A stretch of 63,539 nucleotides of DNA, the filler included, from a bacterium (GTDB lineage Bacteria; UBP15; UBA6099; JAJRTR01): assembly GCA_024278215.1 (NCBI GenBank). It is 4 parts of 4 records of this genome, joined end to end, with 100 filler letters (N's around TTAATTAATTAA, not from the genome) between each part and the next. Parts side by side here need not be neighbours in the genome. Positions count along the whole stretch, not along the records: positions 55,726 to 63,539 come from JAJRTR010000160.1; 3 more parts are not named here. The stretch is one strand, 5' to 3'. Positions 55,898 through 63,539 of this stretch are shown here, piece after piece (within the stretch, counting starts at the first letter, position 1; the number at the start of each line of letters is the position of its first letter). The position numbers and the translations under genes are program-made. The notes under the pieces are model-generated. The model ran no database searches. It was not told where the DNA came from and worked only from the letters and a program-made list of their open reading frames with translations.

Positions 55898-57427
55898 TTG
55901 TGTTGTTATCTTTCTTTCGTCCGATGCTATCGTTATCACGGGAACATCGACCAGGTCGGGCGGAGCGCCCACTTCTGCGAGTCCTCCCGGTGACACCGAC
56001 CTGTATTTCAGCGCGACTCTGAATGTTATTCCACTCGCCGCGTCCCTGTTGCCTTTGAACCGGAACTTCTCCGTAAGCGTGCCGCGCGGCGGTATGCGGT
56101 AGTCTCTCACTTTCTCGACCGTATTCCAGAACTGCGTTGTGATATTCCCTCCGGCATCTTTGACGTCAACACTGTAAACAATTGAACCGGCAAGAATGTT
56201 CCCATTTTCATCAAGTCTTCCGGAGGCGAATATTTCCGTGCCGTTTTTATCGGTGGCAGTTGCTTCGAGCCATACATTTCTTATCTCGGCTACACCAGTG
56301 GGAATATAGTGGCCCGCGCCGCTGTTCGTCACCTTCACCGGCACCACCAGATCGCCGCCGGTGGAGACGGGTTCACCGATGGATACCTTTGCGGCACGCT
56401 TCAGCAGTTCGCGGCTGCGACCACAGATATCCTGCTTATCTTCCGCGCCGCAGAACATCATATTCGGTCCGACAAAGTAGTGGCTGGACACATGCTCGCG
56501 CAGCGGTCCTGCCGCTGCCGCCCTGCCCGGCTGTTTCCCGCCGGGTTCGGAACCTTCAGTCATGTGGCAGTCCAGGCAGGTCGTGCCTTCCTTCGCGTAT
56601 TCGCTCTCCTCCCACTCGGTATACGTACTTTCAAGAACGATGCCGTTGGCGGGGTGATTCACATTGTGGCACGTGCCGCATAGTTGAGCGTTCGCGTGTA
56701 TCTCCGAAAACGCTGTTTCATGAAAAGGTGAGACCGCATCGTCGTAGGGACCGCGCTTGACATCCGACAAATCCATCACATAGTTCGAGTTGTTCAGCGC
56801 GGTGTATCCCTTGATAATGTGGCAGAAGTCGCACTGCACACCATCCGACTCTATCGCCGACACATTCGTATCCGACGGGCTGTTAAGTTTGTGTTTGAAA
56901 GGAATGTTCCCATTATAGACGGCGATCGGAGTATGGCATTTTGCGCAGAAAACCTGCAACTCTCCGTTCGAGTCGTTCGACGCTTTTATGAAATAACGGT
57001 CATAAACCGGCTCGGTGTGCGCCATAGCGTGAAGCGACATAGTCCACTGCTTTTCATGTCCCGTATGACAGCCGCCGCACGTCTCCGCACTAATAAATGA
57101 ATATATATTTTTCGCGGTGCCCGCTTTCAGAAATTCCACTACCCCGGCTATATCTTCGTCGGAAAGCGTATCCTTCAGACCGGCCATCATGCGCTGCGTT
57201 TTCAGAGCCCTCTTTATATCGTCCGCCGTTTTACCTTCGAGCCGGCTTCGCGTATGGCAGTTTTTGCATATTTTGTTCCATGTGTCTTCACCCTGTCGGC
57301 TCCGTGCGGCCACAGTTCCATCGGATGTCGCACGTGCAGTACCTTTCTCCGGTATTTCAGATGTATTACTGCAACCCGCCGCAATCAATAGCGAAATAAA
57401 CACAACAAAAATAATCTTTATCTTCAT
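55895..57427 (-). CDS. Hexaheme c-type cytochrome lipoprotein (monoheme domain + c554/c552-like multiheme domain)
   Basis: Lipobox IAAGC; CKNCH, CGGCH, CAKCH, CDFCH, CGTCH, CLDCH; NSGAGHYIPTG. Confidence 0.9.
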   Translation of the reverse strand: MKIKIIFVVFISLLIAAGCSNTSEIPEKGTARATSDGTVAARSRQGEDTWNKICKNCHTRSRLEGKTADDIKRALKTQRMMAGLKDTLSDEDIAGVVEFLKAGTAKNIYSFISAETCGGCHTGHEKQWTMSLHAMAHTEPVYDRYFIKASNDSNGELQVFCAKCHTPIAVYNGNIPFKHKLNSPSDTNVSAIESDGVQCDFCHIIKGYTALNNSNYVMDLSDVKRGPYDDAVSPFHETAFSEIHANAQLCGTCHNVNHPANGIVLESTYTEWEESEYAKEGTTCLDCHMTEGSEPGGKQPGRAAAAGPLREHVSSHYFVGPNMMFCGAEDKQDICGRSRELLKRAAKVSIGEPVSTGGDLVVPVKVTNSGAGHYIPTGVAEIRNVWLEATATDKNGTEIFASGRLDENGNILAGSIVYSVDVKDAGGNITTQFWNTVEKVRDYRIPPRGTLTEKFRFKGNRDAASGITFRVALKYRSVSPGGLAEVGAPPDLVDVPVITIASDERKITTQ

Positions 57428-57518
57428 TTTTCTCTTTTCCCCGGCCATGCTGATGTATAAATCAAGTGGGTCGTATATAGCTTCGCATCGAATTGCCAGA
57501 TGTTTTGCCAACACGGAT

Positions 57519-57550
57519 TTTTAGCCCGCATTGGTGAAATATACGGACTA
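57519..57550 (-). repeat. Repeat family F, copy 3
   Basis: TTTTAGCCCGCATTGGTGAAATATACGGACTA, inverted relative to 29753-29784. Confidence 0.8.
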
Positions 57551-58210
57551 AATACTCTCGACACACTGCTTCTTGAATTCTTCAATGCCGACTCTGCCGA
57601 TGAATCGAGGCATTCTTTCACGTCGTTTCGCGTTCTCGATATAGAACCCGACGCAGGCGTCTAGCACTTTCAGTATATCTTCATCCGCGAGGTCCTCCGC
57701 CACGACATCACCGATGCGGGGCCTGCCCCCCGAACTGCCGCCGGCCACCAGTGTCCACCCTTTTTTCGTCGCGAATATGCCGAAATCCCTGAGATATGAT
57801 TCGGCGCAACTCAGTTTGCATCCGGAAACTGCTATCTTCGTCTTCGCCGGGAAATCTTTTCCGTAATACTTCCGCTCGATCTCCCCGGCGAGTCCAAGTG
57901 AATCATTGTTGCCGAGCCGACAGAAGTTCGAGCCCGGACACGCCTGCACATAATGTATGCACGCCCCCACAGGTTTGCCGACATCCGCTCCAAGGTCTTC
58001 CCATATCCTGCCGACGTCGCCCGGTTCGATCCCGATAAGCGCCACACGCTGGCCCGATGTGATCTTCATCACCGGGATGTCGTACTTCCTGCACACCCTC
58101 GCCAGGTTTTCCAGTATTTCCGGTGTCAGAAGCCCCATCGGAATCCTCGGCACAATCGCTCTCGTAAGTTTATCTCTTTGTACTATACCGTCCTTTGCCG
58201 TGTCCGCCAT
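57548..58210 (-). CDS. Small nitrite/sulfite reductase-like 4Fe-4S(siroheme) protein
   Basis: GIVQRDK, KITSGQR, ACPGSNFC, PAKTKIAVSGCKLSCAE; start may be 58270. Confidence 0.85.
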   Translation of the reverse strand: MADTAKDGIVQRDKLTRAIVPRIPMGLLTPEILENLARVCRKYDIPVMKITSGQRVALIGIEPGDVGRIWEDLGADVGKPVGACIHYVQACPGSNFCRLGNNDSLGLAGEIERKYYGKDFPAKTKIAVSGCKLSCAESYLRDFGIFATKKGWTLVAGGSSGGRPRIGDVVAEDLADEDILKVLDACVGFYIENAKRRERMPRFIGRVGIEEFKKQCVESI

Positions 58211-58270
58211 TCTCTCTGTTCTCCATTGTTTCCGATTTCCTGCAAGTTGCTTTATGATGGCATTTAGCAT

Positions 58271-59200
58271 TCATACATCGTCGAACAACCCGCTCGACAG
58301 GTATCTTTCTCCGGTGGACGGCAATACCGCCACAATGAGTTTATCTTTATTTCCGGGCCGCGCAGCAACCTCGAGAGCGGCGGCCACCGCCGCGCCCGAC
58401 GATATGCCCGCGAGAATACCTTCCTCGCGCGCAAGTCTCCGCGCGTGATCGAATGCCACGTCGTTTCCGATTGTTATCACTTCGTCGATCATGCCCGTAT
58501 CGAGAACTTCCGGAATGAAACCCGCGCCGATGCCCTGTATCTTGTGCGGTCCAGGCTTGCCGCCCGACAGCACAGGCGAGCCTTCCGGTTCCACGGCAAT
58601 CACTTTCAATCCGGGTTTTCTTTTCTTAAGCACCTGCGCTACGCCTGTGATAGTGCCGCCTGTGCCTACGCCGGACACGAATATGTCTATCTCTCCGTCC
58701 GTGCCGTTCCATATCTCTTCGGCGGTAGTGATCCTGTGTATCTCCGGGTTAGCCGGATTGTTGAACTGCTGCGGCATGAAAGTATCCGGCTCCGCCCCCG
58801 CAAGTTCCTCCGCCTTCGCAATAGCGCCTTTCATTCCCTCCGCGGCAGGTGTCAGCACGAGTTCCGCACCGTAAGCTTTGAGCAGCTTGCGGCGTTCGAT
58901 CGACATCGAGTCGGGCATGGTCAGCACGAGCCTGTAGCCGCGCGCCGCGCAAATCATAGCAAGCCCGATACCTGTATTGCCGCTCGTCGGCTCGATAACA
59001 GTTACGCCGGGTTTTATCTTTCCCTCTTTTTCCGCGGCGTCGATCATGTTCAGCGCGATCCTGTCCTTGACCGATCCGCCGGGGTTCATAGATTCGAGCT
59101 TTACAGCGATCTTTGCTCCGCTCCCCTCCGCCATTCTTTTCAAAAATACAATAGGAGTGCGGCCTATAAGTTCCGTTATATCCGCAGCGATATTATTCAT
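58271..59200 (-). CDS. cysK: Cysteine synthase A
   Basis: [41 protein letters not shown]. Confidence 0.96.
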   Translation of the reverse strand: MNNIAADITELIGRTPIVFLKRMAEGSGAKIAVKLESMNPGGSVKDRIALNMIDAAEKEGKIKPGVTVIEPTSGNTGIGLAMICAARGYRLVLTMPDSMSIERRKLLKAYGAELVLTPAAEGMKGAIAKAEELAGAEPDTFMPQQFNNPANPEIHRITTAEEIWNGTDGEIDIFVSGVGTGGTITGVAQVLKKRKPGLKVIAVEPEGSPVLSGGKPGPHKIQGIGAGFIPEVLDTGMIDEVITIGNDVAFDHARRLAREEGILAGISSGAAVAAALEVAARPGNKDKLIVAVLPSTGERYLSSGLFDDV

Positions 59201-60161
59201 GGCGTGCGCTCCTTTCTTCAATCGTTTTTTCCCGGGTTATCACGCGCAGGTCCAGAGGCGCGTTCAGCACTTTGCTATGCGGCGGCACAGATTCGGTCAG
59301 CCACACATTACCGCCGACGACCGACCCTTTGCCGATGACCGTTTTCCCCCCGAGAATCGTCGCGCCTGCATATATAACGACATCGTCCTCGATAGTCGGG
59401 TGGCGTTTTATTCTCCTGACAAGGTTACCGTCCTCGTCGCGAACGAATCTCATCGCCCCGAGCGTGACACCTTGGTATAAGCGTACGTTGTCGCCTATTT
59501 CAGATGTCTCGCCGATCACAACACCTGTACCGTGGTCGATAAAAAATCTTTTTCCGATTTTCGCACCGGGATGTATGTCGATCCCTGTGCGTGAGTGCGC
59601 CCGCTCGGACATAATGCGCGGGATGATCGGCACCCTGCGTTCGTACAGAACGTGCGCGATCCGATGCGTCGCTATCGCTTCCACAAAGGGATAGCTCAAC
59701 ACTATTTCATTTATCGAAATGGATGCGGGATCGCCTTCATAGGCGGCCTGTATATCCGACATCAGCTTGCCGTGAATGTCGGGGAGTTGTTCCATAAGGT
59801 CGATCACTGTGTCTGTCGCCTGAGCCTCACAGTCGCACCCCCTGTCGCACATTCCTATGCTGCACCTGTGGTTGAAGGCGAATTCGCACAATCTGCCGAG
59901 CACCGCCGCCGCGTGGCGCAGGCGGTCGCCGACAAAAAGCGGGATGTCCTGCCCATCGACGAATTCCCTTCCGTAGCAGCCGGGGAACAGGGCCTCGAGG
60001 ATGTCGTCGAGCGCCTCGGAGACTGCGGCGCGTGTGTTCATGTCGAATCGTCCGGCGGCCACCTCGCTCGTACACATCGAGCATGGCCCCATCTGGCGCT
60101 GCGCCATCTTATGCGCGACATCACCAAGATCGTTCATTATCCAGCCGTTCAGCTTTTCCAT
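59193..60161 (-). CDS. cysE: Serine O-acetyltransferase (long EpsC-type)
   Basis: [41 protein letters not shown]. Confidence 0.93.
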   Translation of the reverse strand: MEKLNGWIMNDLGDVAHKMAQRQMGPCSMCTSEVAAGRFDMNTRAAVSEALDDILEALFPGCYGREFVDGQDIPLFVGDRLRHAAAVLGRLCEFAFNHRCSIGMCDRGCDCEAQATDTVIDLMEQLPDIHGKLMSDIQAAYEGDPASISINEIVLSYPFVEAIATHRIAHVLYERRVPIIPRIMSERAHSRTGIDIHPGAKIGKRFFIDHGTGVVIGETSEIGDNVRLYQGVTLGAMRFVRDEDGNLVRRIKRHPTIEDDVVIYAGATILGGKTVIGKGSVVGGNVWLTESVPPHSKVLNAPLDLRVITREKTIEERSARHE

Positions 60162-60247
60162 TTCAATCACCCGCCTCCGCGGCAGCATGTTCCGTTGTTA
60201 ATATCTCCATAACTTCACTTCAGTCATATCAAGGCTTACTTCTCTTT

Positions 60248-61399
60248 TTATTTGACAAACGGCGACAGCTCCCTGAGCCGCTCGATTATCGGCGGCATCT
60301 GCGCTGCCGTGTAATCTATCTCTTCTTCTGTGTTATAGCGCGACAGGCTGAACCGTATCGAACCATGCGCCGCCGTGAACGGCACTCCCATCGCCCTCAT
60401 GACATGTGAAGGTTCGAGTGAACCCGATGTGCACGCCGACCCGCTCGAAGCGGCTATGCCGATGTTGTCCATCATCAGAAGTATCGATTCGCCCTCGATA
60501 TATTCAAAACTGATATTCGATGTGTTCGGCAGCCTTCGCTCGGCGTTTCCGTTCCGGCGTGTATCCGGGCAAGTGTTCAACAGGGTGTTTTCCAGCCTGT
60601 CGCGCAACGATCTCACCCTTGTGTTTTCGTCTTCCATGTGCTCGGCAGCAAGGTCGCACGCACGGCCCAGCCCGACGATATACGGCACGTTCTCGGTGCC
60701 TGCCCTGCGGCCTTCTTCCTGGTGGCCGCCGATTATCAGCGGCGCGATCTTCACGCCTTTTCTCCTGTACAGCACACCCGTGCCTTTCGGCGTGTGCAGC
60801 TTGTGCCCCGAGATCGACAGCATATCCACAGGCGTCTTCTTCAGGTCAATCGGCACCTTGCCGACCGCCTGCACCGCGTCCGTATGAAACACAACGCCTT
60901 TCTCCTTAACAATCTGCGCGATCTCGTCTATCGGGAATATCACACCCGTTTCATTATTCGCCCACATTATCGACACAATAGCCGTATCTCCGGTTATCGC
61001 ATTACGCAGTTCGTCCAGGTCCAGCATACCTTCCTTATCGACTGAAAGCTCCGTAACCCTGTAATTGTATTTATGAAGATACCTGCACATGCCGAGCACA
61101 GCAGGGTGTTCGACCCGCGTGGTTATCACATGCCGTTTATCGGGCGCGGCCTCGACAGCGCCGCGGATCGCCGTGTTGTCGCTCTCTGTTCCACAACTCG
61201 TGAATGTGATCTCGGACGGGTCGGCGTTCAGCAGCGCCGCCACGCGCTCACGCGCTTTATCAATATATTTCTTCACGCGCCCACCTATCCGGTGCATACT
61301 CGACGGATTGCCGTATTCGCTTTTAAAAAAAGGCATCATCGCTTCGAGCACTTCGGGTGCCACTCGGGTTGTCGCGTTGTTGTCAAGATATACTTCCAT
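60248..61399 (-). CDS. nifS: Cysteine desulfurase NifS
   Basis: YLDNNATT, GNPSSMH, HTDAVQ, SGHK, SSGSACTSGSLEPSHV; GAGGAG RBS. Confidence 0.95.
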   Translation of the reverse strand: MEVYLDNNATTRVAPEVLEAMMPFFKSEYGNPSSMHRIGGRVKKYIDKARERVAALLNADPSEITFTSCGTESDNTAIRGAVEAAPDKRHVITTRVEHPAVLGMCRYLHKYNYRVTELSVDKEGMLDLDELRNAITGDTAIVSIMWANNETGVIFPIDEIAQIVKEKGVVFHTDAVQAVGKVPIDLKKTPVDMLSISGHKLHTPKGTGVLYRRKGVKIAPLIIGGHQEEGRRAGTENVPYIVGLGRACDLAAEHMEDENTRVRSLRDRLENTLLNTCPDTRRNGNAERRLPNTSNISFEYIEGESILLMMDNIGIAASSGSACTSGSLEPSHVMRAMGVPFTAAHGSIRFSLSRYNTEEEIDYTAAQMPPIIERLRELSPFVK

Positions 61400-61455
61400 A
61401 TCGGCGCTCCTCTCAAATCCACTGCCGAATTTTTCTGCGCTTACTGCCGCCGGCA

Positions 61456-62301
61456 TTACTTTTCTTCTTCCACAATTATGTCGTCCGACACATATTCCCT
61501 CAGCTTTGTCTCAACAACATCCCGCAATGTGAACTGTGCGGCATTGCAACCCGAACACGCGCCGCGCATGGCGACCGTCACCTTCGGGCCTTCCACATCA
61601 ATGAGTTCGATGTCGCCGCCGTCGTTCTTCAATTGTGGTCTGATCTCATTCTCGATAACTTCCTGCACCAGCTTCATACGCTGGATATTTGTCAGTGGTT
61701 TCTTTTTCGTTCTCTCCGCGCTTTCTCCACCGTTGATCCTGTCCAATATGGCCTGTATGTCCTCGTGGCAGCCGCCGCAGCCGCCGCCCGCCTTGGTGAA
61801 GTTGGTAACATCTTCGATAGTCTTCAAGTTGTTCTCCCGTATCGCGCGCTCTATCTCGTGACCTGTCACACCGAAGCAAACGCACACGATGTCCGTGTCC
61901 ACATCGGCGGCGGGCTTCGTTCCATCACCTTCACCGCGATAATTGCTTATCGCCGCCTCGAGCGCTTCGCGGCCCATCACGGAGCAGTGCATCTTCTGCT
62001 CCGGCAACCCGCCGAGGAAGTCTGCTATATCCTGGTTTGTCACCGCTTCCGCCTCTTCAATAGTCATGCCCTTCACGATCTCGGTGAGCGCGGACGATGA
62101 GGCTATCGCACTGGCGCACCCGAATGTCTGGAATCTGGCGTCGACGATCTTCTCTTTATTTTCGTCAAGTTTGAAAGTAAAAGTCAACGCATCCCCACAG
62201 GCAAGCGAGCCGACTTCGCCAATGCCGTCGCAATCCTCAATCTTTCCCGTGTTTCTCGGATTGAAAAAATGATCTTTAACCTTGTCTGTATAATCCCACA
62301 T
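61456..62301 (-). CDS. nifU: Three-domain Fe-S scaffold NifU
   Basis: IscU domain (ACGD, FGCASA, MHCS), central CVC..GGGCGGC, C-terminal Nfu DGGDIEL..GACSGC. Confidence 0.95.
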   Translation of the reverse strand: MWDYTDKVKDHFFNPRNTGKIEDCDGIGEVGSLACGDALTFTFKLDENKEKIVDARFQTFGCASAIASSSALTEIVKGMTIEEAEAVTNQDIADFLGGLPEQKMHCSVMGREALEAAISNYRGEGDGTKPAADVDTDIVCVCFGVTGHEIERAIRENNLKTIEDVTNFTKAGGGCGGCHEDIQAILDRINGGESAERTKKKPLTNIQRMKLVQEVIENEIRPQLKNDGGDIELIDVEGPKVTVAMRGACSGCNAAQFTLRDVVETKLREYVSDDIIVEEEK

Positions 62302-62335
62302 AGCATCCACCTCTCAGCGCGATAAAACCGGTCGT

Positions 62336-62830
62336 TTATTCTCCAGTGAACATCCCATGATCAGAAAAGAAATTGTAGAAATCCTCGAGGAGAGCCACAT
62401 GCCCCTCTTCCCATTTTGCGAGTGTAGTATACAGTCTCTTTTCATTTTCATCTTCTGCCTTTTCCGACAGGTCATAGTACATTGCCCTGCCCCGCCGCTC
62501 GATATCAATTGCCTTCGACAGCACTTCGACCTCGTCTGTTGCGACTTTCACATCGCTGTCGATGTTTTTCGCCGCTTCATCGAAGATCATCTTGAAATCC
62601 TTCTCGATATCGATAGTAATCTGCGACGGCCATTTATCAGCCGCACTCAGCTTGTTGTACATTTTCTGCAGAAACTCGATATGAGCCTTCTCTTCCTCTT
62701 CGAGCAACACGAAAATCGAACGTGCCTGCGGCTGTCTCGTCTTTTCTTTCGCCATCGCATAATAATCAGCTCCGGATTCTTCAAATTCCAGTGCCTTCTT
62801 CAGTGCTTCTATCCCTTTAACTACAGACAT
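62336..62830 (-). CDS. Ferritin-like (rubrerythrin-family) di-iron protein
   Basis: ALEFE..EEKAH and AIDIE..WEEGH ligand pairs; GGAGG RBS. Confidence 0.85.
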   Translation of the reverse strand: MSVVKGIEALKKALEFEESGADYYAMAKEKTRQPQARSIFVLLEEEEKAHIEFLQKMYNKLSAADKWPSQITIDIEKDFKMIFDEAAKNIDSDVKVATDEVEVLSKAIDIERRGRAMYYDLSEKAEDENEKRLYTTLAKWEEGHVALLEDFYNFFSDHGMFTGE

Positions 62831-62853
62831 AGCAGCCTCCTTATGAAAATTTT

Positions 62854-62995
62854 GGTATCCGTTCACAAGTAACTGTTCGCAACGAAACGTCTGATATTCC
62901 TGGAATGCAACGACTGTGTCGTTGCAACGATGAAGAAGTAGCATTTCGCAAAAACTGACGTTTTTGCATTCCAGGATTTTCTGATAGTGCCGTTA
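62854..62995. repeat. Repeat family E, copy 2
   Basis: Aligns with 53778-53919. Confidence 0.87.
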
Positions 62996-63050
62996 CACTC
63001 AAAATTCGTGTGTTGTCATTCTGAGCGAAGCGAAAAATCTCCAGGTGTTT

Positions 63051-63088
63051 AGAGCCAATTGCAAAATTCTGATTCTGCAATTGGATCT
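63051..63088 (+). repeat. Repeat family A, minimal internally deleted copy
   Basis: AGAGCCAATTGCAAAATTCTGATTC-TGCAATTGGATCT: both termini, no core. Confidence 0.75.
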
Positions 63089-63231
63089 TTAATGTATTAT
63101 TACAATACCACCCTATCGTCAATGGTTACAGTAGTTGAATGCCTTACAAATTCGGCTTATACAATTTGCAATTTCTTCCGGTTCTGCCCCCTGACGACTT
63201 CCGATCTTGCAGACTGCTGTTACATCTGAAT

Positions 63232-63390
63232 TTATAATGCTGAGAATTCGTCTTTGGCCGCGCCGCACGTCGGACATGTCCAGTCGTCGGGCAGGTCCTC
63301 GAATTTTGTGCCCGCTTCTACCCCATTGTCCGGGTCGCCGACTGCCGGATTATAAATATATCCGCACACTTCACATTCGTACTTGTCCAT
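63232..63390 (-). CDS. Rubredoxin
   Basis: [31 protein letters not shown]. Confidence 0.97.
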   Translation of the reverse strand: MDKYECEVCGYIYNPAVGDPDNGVEAGTKFEDLPDDWTCPTCGAAKDEFSAL

Positions 63391-63539
63391 ATAACAAACT
63401 CCCATAATAGTAGTTAACAACATCAAGCTGCCAGTGACAGCCTGATCAACAATTTATAAAATGATATCAAGGGTGATGAGGACAACATCTTCATGATTAT
63501 TGTGGCTCGACCACGAAAAGGAGAATGATGCCTCACTCC

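Noticed and set aside
60248-62301. nifU/nifS as evidence of nitrogen fixation
   Set aside because: No nifHDK in the window; NIF-type scaffolds are general Fe-S machinery in many anaerobes

Overview
Bacterial chromosomal window built from four contigs joined by 100-nt N/TTAATTAATTAA linkers (25890-25989, 47713-47812, 55626-55725), so adjacency across gaps is unproven. Gene content (LptA-like/lptB/single lptFG, rsbV-rsbW-sigB-like module, mutL-MTase-miaA-hfq order, long HPF, NIF-type Fe-S system, rubredoxin) suggests a diderm, probably anaerobic, Terrabacteria-like organism (inference). Contig 1 is mostly housekeeping (alaS, xerD, PBP1A, mutL, miaA, hfq, dapF, dapL) plus an FbpBC-like ABC transporter whose ATPase has an in-frame TAA. 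Contig 2 has a glycan-modification locus (acetyltransferase, radical SAM, flippase, GT2, NoeA/NoeB-like pair, small 'AYLDxGTGS' membrane peptide), pepA, murB and an operon of three SPFH (HflK/HflC-like) genes plus a P1B ATPase with no ftsH. Contig 3 has two alkaline-phosphatase-superfamily paralogues, a PaaI thioesterase, a stand-alone 'RLxxLGY' protein, a DUF106/EMC3-like membrane protein and an archaeal-type translin. Contig 4 has a hexaheme cytochrome and a rubredoxin-ferritin-like-nifU-nifS-cysE-cysK-sulfite-reductase-like cluster. Intergenic DNA holds at least six families of short palindromic repeats/MITEs, including nested insertions with 10-bp target-site duplications. Best candidates for undescribed systems: the SPFH x3 + P1B-ATPase operon and the AP-superfamily/DUF106-like operon. 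All family assignments are by eye from motifs; no searches were run. No rRNA, tRNA or CRISPR array was recognised.
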